A model generated the notes under the pieces. It saw only the letters and a program-made list of their open reading frames with translations, was not told the origin of the DNA and ran no database searches. This document shows, in pieces, positions 1 to 11,959 of a DNA stretch of 64,000 nt (position 1 is its first letter; every line of letters starts with the position of its first letter). The position numbers and the translations under genes are program-made. The DNA is taken from positions 4,092,001-4,156,000 of the forward strand of contig JAQFVV010000009.1 of assembly GCA_028023455.1 (NCBI GenBank). The letters are read 5' to 3'. The DNA comes from Epiperipatus broadwayi. Taxonomy: Eukaryota > Animalia > Onychophora.

Positions 1-1769
1 GAATTTTAAAAAAAATTCAAGAAAAAAAAAAATATTGTTTTAGAATTGTATTAAAATAAATTAGATGCAAATTTTACAAAAAAAATTACGTGGTTGACTT
101 CCAGACACTTTGCGGTAAACAGTAAAATAATTTCTTTTGCCAATTTCAACCTATATTTTAAAAATTAAATAATTTTATTAAGTAATTAGAATTTTGAACA
201 ATCCAAGATTAAAATTTAGGTACAATTTTAAAAAAATGTACAGGAATGTACATGTGTATACAAGTTAAATATTTGAATCTTTAGTGTTCTCAATAATGTT
301 TTTAATGTATGAATTGATTGAATAGTGCCACATATATTGGAGTATAAATTAAATATGTTTTTTCAAATAGAAATTTCATTAAGATCAAATCATATTTTAC
401 AAGTGGGAAATTTTAAGAAATAATTCCTTAGTTATGCATCCTATCACTACTGTATGGTAGAATTTTGCTTCTGTGTTATGCTTCCTAAGATGATAAAATC
501 ATCTTTTATTTGGTGTTAAAAAATTCACTTCTGATTTATGTAAAATATTGCTATTATAATTAAATATTACAAGAATCACTTAAATATTTATGTATTATTT
601 TATACACAAGTTTTAGTTTATTAAGTTATTATTTTCTTTTAGTGAGTTTTAATTTTATATTATTCATAGTTTTACTTGTGCATGATGAATGTGATTATTT
701 AGGAGTATCATTGAAGGAACAAATAGATATTTTGTTGTATTGTCGCTATTGTCAAACAGTCACCAATAAGACATGAGTATTCTATTTTTAATCAAATGAT
801 TTTTAAAATGCTAGAAAAGCATTAGGTCATAATTGTACCTAACTAAGATTTACATGCACTTTCAAGATTTATTTCGTTGTTAGAACTCTATAGGAGCTGA
901 AAAAACACTATGCATGAGCCAAAATTCTATAAAACTCTAGATAGCATTGTTATATCATGAATGCAGTTAACAAAGACTTGTTCAGAGCTATATTTCTCAG
1001 TATTTGAATACACAGTGAAGCTTTGTGGCAGCTAATAGAACACTGCATATGTGCACGTTGAATAATTTGTGAACCAGCATATATATTATGACTGTATTCA
1101 TGAAATGCCTCAATTAATAGAATAAAATCCAAATGATATTGGTTCATTATAAATGCATGTATGGTTAGGGCTATTTCAATTTGCATAATAATTCTCTTTG
1201 ATGATATTTAATATGAATAATATATCTCATAAAATCTCATTTATGATTAACAATGAAAATATTTATTCATTACTATACATCAATTATATCCTCATGATCC
1301 ACAAGAAAAGATATATATAAAAGGTGAGTAACTGATATCTCGTACAAATATACATAATACATGTGAATACAAAATATTTACAATTGAAGAATACTTATTA
1401 ATATTCAAATTCCGATTTTAATAAATTTATAAAAAAATATTTTAAAACATACCAAGTATATAAGATCCATTATCTGAATATAATGCAGTAAATAAACCAA
1501 TAATTTCATAATTGCATTATTAGTTAGTGACAAAATCAATTTAACCTCGTAATATGAAATATAATATGGCAAAGATGCAGTGAATCTCTATTATAAAACG
1601 AGATTATCAACACCAGATGAATACAAATTGGCAAAAAAAGCAAGCTATATTTATCCTGTCTTTATATTAATTCTGCTGTATTTGATTTTTATTTTATTTG
1701 TTTATTTTTAATTATAGTTTTGTTTTCCAGTTAAATTTTTAATTATTTTAGAAGCTTATAATTTTGTGT

Positions 1770-2875
1770 ATAAGATCTTTGGATCTAATGCAACTCTCCA
1801 GCAGCCACTTTTTACCTTTTTAATTAACTGTAAACTGCGAGTCCAAACTGAAAACACATTAAATGTTTTCAATCCAAGCTCCAAGTTCATTCACTTGTAT
1901 GATTTTACAGATCTGGACCCAGTTCAGTATCTATACATTTTAATGTCTTTGTTTCTTAATAATTGCAATCACTATTATCTTTTGGTCAGGATTAGTTTAA
2001 ACCACTAAAACATCATTTCATTATCATCTCTTATACTTACACAAACTGTTAACACAGTAGCACCTCTTATGATATAGCAGTGCCCAGTGCAAACCATAGT
2101 AATTAATGGATGCTAAAAGATTAGTGCATCAAAATCCCTATCTAGTGCCTACTTATCCAATACCTTCAGCTTAATTTCTTGCTTGTGGCCTTCACGTGAG
2201 GAGCTAAATTTATAGTTAACTAAAAAGTTAAAAGGTGGCTGCTGGGAGTTGCATTAGATATAAAGATTTAGGTGCAATGCTTTCAGGTCCAAAGCTCCTC
2301 ACTGATGAAGGCCACAAGCTAGAAACTAATCTAGGAATGTTAGGGATTTTGCTGCACAAACCTAGCATCTATTAATTACTATGTTGGTAGCACTACTGCA
2401 TGGAAAGAGATGCTAGTGTTTTAACAGCTCGCATATGCATAAGAAATGGTGATCATGTGATGTTTTAGTGGTTTAACACCAATCCTGGGCAAAGGATGAT
2501 GGTAACTATAGTTATTAAAAAACCAAAGGTACTAAAATATATAGATACTAAACTGGATTCAGATCTGTATGATTATACAAGTGAATGAACTTGGATTAAA
2601 GCATTAGTGATTTCAGATTGGGTTAATAATTTTATAGTTAACTAAAAAGGTTAAAACTGGCTACTGGAGGATTGCATTAGATCCAAAGATGTAAATGCAG
2701 TGTTCCCAGATCCAAGGCTTCACATGGACGAAGGTACTAGAAAATAGTCTGGGGATATTGGATGAGTAGGCATTAGATAGGGATATTGATTTACAAAGCA
2801 TCTAGTAATCATTAATTACTGTAGTTTGTACTAGGTGGCATTACTATATGGAAAAAGTTGACATGTTTTAATTTA
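1770..2875. mobile_element. Array of a ~420-bp non-coding hammerhead-bearing repeat: one inverted copy, one full and one partial direct copy (PLE pseudo-LTR or retrozyme-like)
   Basis: 1770-2205 is the reverse complement of sequence in 2206-2700. The motif aatttatagttaactaaaaa recurs at ~2207 and ~2629, giving a unit of ~422 bp. The same family occurs at 56726-57107. Confidence 0.8.
2287..2345 (+). ncRNA. Minimal type I hammerhead ribozyme motif (this copy partly mutated)
   Basis: The sequence is CCTCA-CTGATGA-A-GGC-CACAA-GCT-A-GAAAC-TAATC. Sister copies at ~2708 and ~56946 supply GAAA(C/A)TAGTC-TGG(G/T)GATATTGGAT, which gives a palindromic helix III (ACTAGT), a GUC site and a helix I partner. 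Confidence 0.7.
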
Positions 2876-3049
2876 ATACTTATGAATAATTATTATGCTT
2901 AGGCAAAAAAAAAGTTAAATGAATATCTTTCATTCATTTTGCATTGCATTACTTTTACTATTGGACTAATAAATGATAAAGCATGTGTATATAATGGCAT
3001 GTAAAGAATAGTAAAGCAGCAATATATAGGATAAGAGTTAATCTCTTCT

Positions 3050-3135
3050 CCACTCCACCCTTCCCCCCCCACCCCCCCCCCGCCCCCGGGGGGGGTTCCG
3101 ACGGGCCCCCCCCCTTTGGGGCCCCGTTCCCCTGT
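3050..3135. repeat. Low-complexity C/G homopolymer tract
   Basis: Runs of C8-C10 and G8 sit in otherwise very AT-rich DNA. Confidence 0.8.
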
Positions 3136-5587
3136 GTACTGTAACAATTTTTTCTTTTAATATTCAGCATACCAATATAAACATTAATCTTTTTTACTTT
3201 GTATTCATTCATTCTATGTCTCTTTTGCGTCAGATAAAACATTGCAGCAACTCTGTACAAATCCAACTAATAATACATTATCATTTTATTTATTTAAACA
3301 AATAAAAGAATAATTAATATACAAGTTATTTAGTTAAAAGAATCTCATTTAAAAAAATGTTATCCATCATAGAATGTGGGAAACCTTCATAAGTCTTTTA
3401 ACCAAAAAAAAAAAAAACACTTACATGTAATAATAAAAATTCAACATATAAATGATTAAAATGAATTTTTTTTTTTTTTTTTTCCAATAGATTGCCTGAT
3501 TTTTTTTTTTTTTGGATAATTTCAAACAAGCTTTTTTACTTTAGATGGTAAATTTAAAGTAAATAAAGATTGTAAATAGAAATTAGTTTCAGACAAATAA
3601 TTTCCAGAAAATGGAAATCTCATTAAGATACACATTAAGTATGTGAAGTAACATTCTCCTCAAATTTTTCATTAGTTTCCTGCAAACCTTACACTCTTAT
3701 ATCGCTATGTTGTTCGTACTTCTATGGGAAACTGTGTTTTACATGGTTTTGAATTGAAAATTAAATTTCATTTGTCCCTTATATCTATACCATATTTTAT
3801 TCCTTGAGAAAGTATACAATATTAAAATTTGAATTCTGGTATAATGGGAAGTATAGCAAAAATATATATTTATTGGAAAATTCATTTAAATGAAGTTAAG
3901 CAATAACAAATATATTTTTTCATTCTATTTTGTTCCTTCAATTCCAGTAAAAAGAAACAACCCTTTCTTTAAAAAATAATTTTAGAACTTACTAATTTTT
4001 ACTTTCTGTAAATATAAATATCAGACCTTATTACTCTTTATTTATTAATGCTAGCGTTGCTACGATTATGTCAATTATCTGTCGAAAGCATTACAGTATT
4101 TTTATTGTTAATGAAGCATTGTTCTTAATACAATTTGTGTATTTTTATATTACATTTGCAGGAGAAAAAGCATTCACAAATTTTACTCATTAAAATAACT
4201 GAATTAACTTTTCAACATCAGACAATTATTTTACATTTTTAAAAAGAAAGCTAAAATTTTCTTTTCCTGTCTACTGAATAATAATTATTATTTTATTAGA
4301 CAAACCCAGTTACATAAGATCAAATTAAACAAAATATTATATTATTATTAATGATAGTATTTGGTTTTTGTTTCTTAATAAAGTTTTGTTAGTTTTTTTA
4401 TTGTTGTTGTAAAGCAATATAAATAAATGATGATTAAAAAAAATTATAAGACAAATTATTTGAATATATAGGTAAAAATAAGATAAGACAAATTTAAATT
4501 GCCTTAAATAGCCTATTATAAGATTTCCTAGTATTTCCCCACAGGAAACCAATAAAAGTAACACATCCATTAGATTAGGAAGTTGCCAATTAGTTAAGGT
4601 TTTTATGAGTTTCTTATTTAATTAACCTCTAAGAATGTAGCTACTATTTATCTCTTGATTAGCAAGGTTGTTTTAGATTGATTAAAAAAAAAAAAATGGT
4701 AAGTTTGTTTAAAAAATTCTAAACTATCTAAAAAAATTTTCAAGCACATGGATTCAAATGGGAAGATAAAATGTATCAACTATTATGTCATGAGACCTTT
4801 CAAATATATGTATACAATTATAAATGTTAATCTATATAATTTTCTACTTTTTACACTTAATTACAAAAGATGTAAAAATGATATAATTAATAAAATGATA
4901 TAAAAATAGAATTAGATATTTTTTCTAGATTTCAGCAAGCAATGTATATAATTTATTCTCTTATTTATAAAACATTTATTACGAATTGGACAATGTTTGA
5001 AACAAAGATAAATAAATTTATAAAATCTTACCCACAACAATTCTATTAGGAAAGTCTATCATATTTAAAAAATGTAAATCATTTATTCAACTATATAATT
5101 AACATTTAAATTCAAAATTGTTTGCAATAGCATATGAAAATTATAACAAATTTTGCTAACATCAAAAAAATGACAAGTGCATTAAAAAAACTGTTTTAAA
5201 TTTTCTTTTAAACTCAATTCCACAAATAAATCATATTACATTTTCTGAAATAATATTTTATAACAAATCTCATGGAATATTTTGAAACTTGTTAAACGAA
5301 ACAGAAAGTATTAGCAAAAAAAAAAAAGATTCTATACTTTTCTACTATAAGTTATCACTTCTATATGAAATTTATTTTTTTTCTCCTTTTTTTGTTTCAA
5401 AAAAGCATGATACATTTATTACTTTTATTCAGTGTGATTGCAGATTAAAATAACCTAATTTGCTAAATCTAATGTACATCTTGAAAATAATCTTAAACGG
5501 TTTAGTTTTGTTAAAATTCTAATTCAGACAAAATAATACTTTCAAATGTTGCCAACCTATTTAGTTTAATATATATATAAAAAAATT

Positions 5588-5774
5588 AGATGCGGATTTA
5601 GAATGTGCTCTCCGCCATTTTGAATTCTAAGAATGACCCAAAACCACCGCTGACACATTCAAGTGATAAATGGCATTAAATAATCCACACAGGGTCACTT
5701 GAATATGTCAGCGGTGGTTTTAAGCAGTCCTTAGAATTCAAAATCACGGAGAGTGCACTCTAAATCAGTATCCT
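5588..5774. mobile_element. MITE-like hairpin (~70-bp imperfect inverted arms)
   Basis: gatttagaatgtgctctccgccattttgaattctaag...cattcaagtga matches the reverse complement of tcacttgaatatg...cttagaattcaaaatcacggagagtgcactctaaatc. Confidence 0.8.
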
Positions 5775-5834
5775 TCTTAAGGGTTATGTGATTCATGACA
5801 ATGCTTTGCATCAAAGTACGCCATGAGGGGTAAG

Positions 5835-6040
5835 GATGTTTTTGATGATATGAAATATTGTCCAAAAAATCCAGAAGTCCGATTAAACCAAGCTTACAAT
5901 TTCGAAATACTAAAAACTTATAACTTCTAAACTATGAATTTTATTATAATATATGCCCATAACCAAATATTGAATAAATGTAAAATTGATCAAACTAAGT
6001 TTATAATTTCAAAATATTAAAAGCCTATACTTCTAAAATA
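5835..6040 (-). repeat. Inverted copy of the tandem repeat found at 8855-9385
   Basis: The reverse complement contains ttataagcttggttt and tatattgtaataaaattc-type units, plus the ggacttctg..ttttttggacaat spacer also seen at ~9001-9050. Confidence 0.75.
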
Positions 6041-8854
6041 TAGTAGTTGAAAGAGAAATTGGCTGAAGTAAAGCATATTAATTTTTACAATTAATCGCAT
6101 TTTTTCTTACCAGAAACAAACTGATGTTGCATGCTTCCTTTGTTACAAGTAGTTAGAGAAAAAAAATGGAGATAAGCAAAAAATAGCATTGCTCACATTT
6201 GATCTCTTGACATGAATATCAAGGTTCTTGAAATTGATACAAATCTATATATCTATTTACATAATTTTCTACTTATTAACATCAAAGTGACTTTTACCAT
6301 CAACAAACAAACATGAAAACATATTTTAAAAAAATATTTACAGATTTTAATTAAAATTTGTTGATTATTTCAAATGTAAAAGAGTTATTGGTTTTGAAAT
6401 AAGATAAACACTAACTTTTTCACCGTCAGTAGGTAGCGTTAGCATCTTTGAGAAATTTAATGAACAAATCTCTCTCCTTTAGATTCTTTTTATCCAACAG
6501 CCAGCAATTAACGATATATGAGAAATAAAGCACATAACTTTGCTCACTTTGATAATGTAACGGTATACAATATGCCGTTACATTAATTTAAAATTAAAAT
6601 AAAAACAAGTTCATAAATAAAAACAAATTTATTAAAAAGTAAAAGCTAAAATTAAAAAGAGTTGTTTAACGTATATATATATTTGCACAAATGGAAAACT
6701 TTAAAAGTATTTTTTTTTTTAAATAAAAATAAAAAAAAGTATTTGAATAAAAAAAGTATTTTTTATAAAAAAAAAAAAAAAATAGTAAAAGTAAAGACCG
6801 AAAGATAAAATATTTTTTTTAAAAAGTAACATAAATGAAAATAAAAAAATTATTTCCTTTTATTCCTTGTAATCTCAATAAATGGAAATGATTGTTTTAT
6901 TAATTATCGAAAAAGCAAACTAACCCTGAGGGCTCTTATATAATTAAAAAGTCAGATAAGAGAATAAAAAAAAAATAATAGATGTCTAATAGAAGCAGTG
7001 ACCAACGCTCGGACCTTAATAAAAATCAATGGAACAGGAAAGCATTGTTCAATGAATCCGGACGATTAAAAAAAAAAAAAAAAAAAAATTTCCAATCAAA
7101 GTTAGTTCCAGCTTGATTTTTTGAGAAGGGTAAAAAGACGCACTTTTCATCCTTTCTCTTAAATTATGAATGGCACTATTGTAGACCCGAATCACATGGG
7201 TACTGCAATAAAATAATACCAAGATTGAACCAGCTAAGACAGCCTCCGGAACAACAGACCGATCTTCCATGAAAGTATGAAATAATAAAGACATCGTGGG
7301 AATTGGCCCAAGGAACCGGGAGCTCCTCTACTGTAAAATATGAACTATAAAATTTTAAAAAGTAATTAAGAACTTTCGTCAAGATCTAACAAACTTTTAA
7401 TAACCAGCTAAACATAACTTTTAAAATGAACTTTATCTGACTTATTAAGATTTCAAAATCAATTATTAATGTTTAATTTTATATATTTGAGTTTGCTAAT
7501 TTAATCATTTCCATTTTTTTTATTATTAATATTTATTGACTAAATTATTTAAATGTAATAAATTTAAGTTGGGTGTAGATAGCTGCATAGATTCATTAAC
7601 ATTTAGTTATTTTTTTTTGATCAAAATATATAGATATCGGTAAATATGAACATCATGCTGAGTGTCCAAATGTATTTATTCGTATATCTTTTAAGTTATT
7701 GGTGTCAATGCGACACCTTATGATGAGTGCCATTGGGTTTATTGTAAATTTCTCTCTGCAATTCCATCAATAACTTTATATTTTAATTGTTTATGTTTAT
7801 TTTGAATGGGTTTTAATTTCAGGCTATTTGTCTCGTAGTTAGGTCGATGCTGGTGGAGGGATATATGGGTGTTTATATCAATGTAATGTGAAGTGTGTTT
7901 AGTATACAGGGCAAAGCCCAATTGAATGCATGACCCAAAGATGTAGTCATTGCGTTGCAATGGAAGCAGACGTATTTCCTGCGCCATTGACCCCTTTTTA
8001 GCTCTATGGATAAGGACTATAAGTCGGCAGGAAGACCGCTCTCCTCCCATATGTAGCATTTCTCTTTAATTATTTTATATACATGATTCTTTCGTCAGAC
8101 AGACGCACTTTCCTGTACTGGATGAAGATCATGTCCTTCAAATAATATCACGCAGCAGACACACATTCCTGATTGCATGGTTTTATGCTAGCATCTTCAT
8201 ATTGCATTGGTTGCATTCATATAGCAGGAAGCAAGCGTTGGTCTGGTTACGAACTTTTAGTGTGAGATTGAATGATTGTTTTGAAAAGTTTTTAACTGAG
8301 AAATCTATGTAGCCAATCTATACTCAACATTATAAAACAAACTTTTATAAAATGCCCATCTGTGTGGACTTACTCCAAATATTTAAATCTAATATTAAAA
8401 TCTAAATAAGATAAATTTATTCCTCAATTTTAAATATTTATATGTGCGTTAACAAATGTTTTTTTGTGTGTGTTATTACTGGCAGTGGCTTCTTTTATTT
8501 TTTTAATATTGAAAATATATTTTAAATAAGAATTTATATATTATAAATCTCTGTGTCTCCCTGAGCTAGTGGCATGAACTAATGGTCAGTATAAAATAAA
8601 GTTGAATCTTAACAATACGTATCTGCCTACTATATAAATTTTCCAGGTTCCAATAGCCTGGTGGTGCCCTGTACAGTAGATGCGTAAGACTCTTATATTC
8701 CCCGACCGTTATAATAAGATCTGATTTATTAATTTTTTATTAATTGTAAAATTAATACTCTTTACTTCAGACAATTATTCTTTTAGCTACTGTTAAGATA
8801 AAATCCAATTTACTATTAATTGTAGAATTAATATGCTTTGGCAGTTGTTTCCCT

Positions 8855-9385
8855 TGTTTATTCAACACATGGTTATGGACATATATTGCAATAAAATTGT
8901 ATTAGAAAATATAAGCTTGGTTTAATTAATTTTATGTTTATCCAACATGTGGTTATGAGTGTATATTGTAATAACATTTGTATTTAAAAATTATAAGCTT
9001 GGTTTGATTGGACTTCTGCATTTTTTGGACAATACTTTGTATCATCAAAAACACTATTCCTTCTTATGTGTATTTCATTATTGTAATAAAATTCATATTT
9101 AAAAGTTATAAGCTTTTAGTATTTCAAAATTATAAGCTTGGTTTGATCAATTTTATTTTATTCAACATGTAGTTATGGTATATATTGTAATAAAATTCGT
9201 ATTTTGAAATTATAAGCTTTTAGTATTTCAAAGTTATAGTTGGTTTGATCAGTTTTATGTTTCTTCAACATGTGATTAAAGGCATATATTGTAATATAAT
9301 TCGTATTTAGAAACTATAAACTTTAAGTATTTCAAAATTATAAGCTTGGTTTGACCAATTTTACATTTATACAACATATGGATTA
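8855..9385 (+). repeat. Degenerate tandem repeat, ~80-105-bp units (aattataagcttggttt...caacatgtggttatg...tatattgtaataaaattc)
   Basis: About five reiterations are visible, with a sub-unit aattataagcttttagtatttcaa. Confidence 0.85.
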
Positions 9386-9389
9386 TTCG

Positions 9390-9476
9390 ACTGTCATTTG
9401 TCGCTTGGAAGTGTTGGCAGTGATTTTGGGCAGTCCTTCAAATTCAAAATGGCAGAGAGCGCACTCTAAATCAGTG
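9390..9476. mobile_element. Single arm of the 5588-5774 MITE family
   Basis: cagtccttcaaattcaaaatggcagagagcgcactctaaatcagt matches the right arm at 5725-5770 and is complementary to the left arm. Confidence 0.75.
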
Positions 9477-9699
9477 TAAAAATTATTATTTCAAAAAAAA
9501 TCTTTGTTCCATCAGGAAAAATTTTTTTTTTTCAGAGAGCCAGTTCATTTACATAATATTACAAATACAATATCTAATTATATAAGTAATATGACTTTCA
9601 AACTAAGGAATCAATAAATATTGACATGAATAATGTACAATATTGCTAAAAAAAAATCTAGTTAAAATAGCTGAGTTTATATTATATTCTAAAACTTAC

Positions 9700-9819
9700 T
9701 TCAAGAGTATCTGAAAATAAAAACATGGTTACAGGATCTCCTTTCCCACTTATTCCGTCACTCAGTTCAATCAGGTCTGCTTTAGTAATAAAAGAACGAT
9801 GAGAAGAAAGTAAATTGGG
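9700..9819 (-). CDS. Ect2: Ect2/pebble internal exon (PH domain start)
   Basis: ttaatag|CCC AAT TTA CTT TCT TCT CAT CGT...CTT GAA|gtaagt = PNLLSSHRSFITKADLIELSDGISGKGDPVTMFLFSDTLE. This resembles ECT2 ANLLSSHRSLV...GEQVTLFLFNDCLE. The exon is 120 nt, phase 0/0. Confidence 0.95.
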
Positions 9820-11117
9820 CTATTAACAACAACAACAAAAAAAAAAAAAGTATAAATTAAAATTAATACAGCATTCATGAATAATATTCAAATATTATTA
9901 CAAGTCTATGCCATTTCATCTCCATCCCACTTTTTTTTAAAAAAAAAATTACCCTAATAATACATCTTTATAAACTTGTTTAATTATATTAATTGGTAAC
10001 ATTATTAATAATCTTAACCCTTTTTAAATAAAAGTACAAATTAAAATTAACAGTACAAAATAAAAAATATTTCCTACAATAAAAAAAAAAGTATAAAATT
10101 ACCATGTATTAAATCTAGTGAAAAATTCTTGGATTCTGAATCTTATTTATGATTTTATTATAAAAAAACACAAAAATATGAAGTGTTAAAATATTAATGA
10201 TTATATAGTGTATAAGTTCTTGGTCATTTTAGGGTTTATACAAGTTATATTCTTTATATATAATTCTTTGAAAAACAATATTCTTTATGCATTCAGTGAC
10301 TAAATTATGTTCACTTAATAATTCCATTAGAATGTCAGGTAATTTTAGCGAACGTGATTATTTTTCCTGGTCACACAACCCGCTTAACGTAAATAAATAT
10401 GAATAGTTGAGGACAGAACCAGCTTTTAATTTATTTGAAAGGCGCCATGATTTTATATCTGAATCCACTGGCTTACCTGCACCTATCTTTATTAGTTCCA
10501 TTATATAATCACTTGCTACACCATGGAGGATTGTACTTTATAATATGGCAATGACAATTTATTTGGCAAAGTGATAATAATGGTAGAATTTAAATATTAT
10601 TCTATTAACAACAAGCTTAAATAGACAATTGCAAATTATATTCATATGATTTATTAAGTTATAATTATAATATTTTAACTCTAATTAGAGAATAAAAGTA
10701 TAAAAAGAAATAAACTTAAATGGCTATTAAAAATTACCGTTTTGTAAGATTCAGATTCTCTTTTTTTAATAGCTTGACGCAACCCAGTATTTGATATCAT
10801 TATAGTTCAAGAAAGTGATCACATTTTTTAAGTTACAAAATTAAGTCTCTTACCGGTAGTAAATTGAACTGCTCAATTATAGTACTGTGTAGATTACCAT
10901 GCATGTTTTTTGTTGTCCTGGAAGGGATCCGTTATACTCTCTTGTCGCAGCTTGTAGATAGTCCAGGTTGGAAGATTCATGCGAATGATGATTTCGCTCT
11001 CAGCATTTTACCATTTCAGGAAGAAAACATTGGTAAAAGAACTCTCCTCTACTCACATATATTACAATGATTCAATCTGTTGGTAAAAGTAGCTTGGCGC
11101 ATTTTTGTAGGACCTCG

Positions 11118-11959
11118 TATAAAAATCAATTTTATAGTAAACTGTTTTTTTAGAGGTCACGCATAACATAAGGCGCAAGAAGACAAAAACTGAAGAAGAA
11201 TCCAGATGCACTGCATATTTGCTTTTTATATCCCCTCCCTGATTTTAGTCCACCGCGCACATCTTGTTGCTATGACAAATTTAAAATAATTTTGTTCACA
11301 ATGTCATCTTTTTCCCATTTGGAAGCCATTTTTGATGATGGCGAAGAAATACTGTGGCCTTAGCTTTTAAGTGCTGCTAATTGATTTGCAATAAGAATTT
11401 ATATCCTTATCTTAGCAAAAATCAAAATAAGTTTGGTTATTCTCTTTATCTCTCTTTTTTAATCTTTTTATCTTACAAAAAAATATAACCTATGTTGACT
11501 AAAAAATGCAATCAGATGATATTTCAAAAGAAAAAAATATAAAAATCAATTTTATAGTAGTAAACTGTTTTTTAGAGGTCATGTATACCTTAAGGTGCAA
11601 GGAGACGAAGAAATGGGAAAAGAGTCCAGACGCACTGCGTATTTGTTTTTTATACTCCCTCTAATTTTAGTCTGCCACGTATATCCTGTTGCTTTGACAA
11701 ATTTAAAATAATTTTGTTCACAATGTCATCTTTTTCCCCTTTGGTGGCCATCTTTGATGATGGGAAGGAATGCTTGTGACTTTAGCTTTTAAGTGCTGCT
11801 AATTGATTTGTGATAAGAATTTATATCCTTATCTTAGCAAAAATCAAAGTAAATTTGGTTATTCTTTTTATCTCTTTTTATTTAATCTCTTTAACTTAAA
11901 AAAAAATATAATCTACATTGACTAAAATATACAATCAGATAATATTTCAAAAGAAAAAT
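11118..11959. repeat. Diverged tandem duplication, 420-bp unit
   Basis: tataaaaatcaattttatagt starts at 11118 and 11538, and the copies are colinear through cagat.atatttcaaaagaaaaa. Confidence 0.9.

Noticed and set aside
8855-9385. CRISPR-like array
   Set aside because: The context is eukaryotic, and the units are degenerate tandem repeats without unique spacers.
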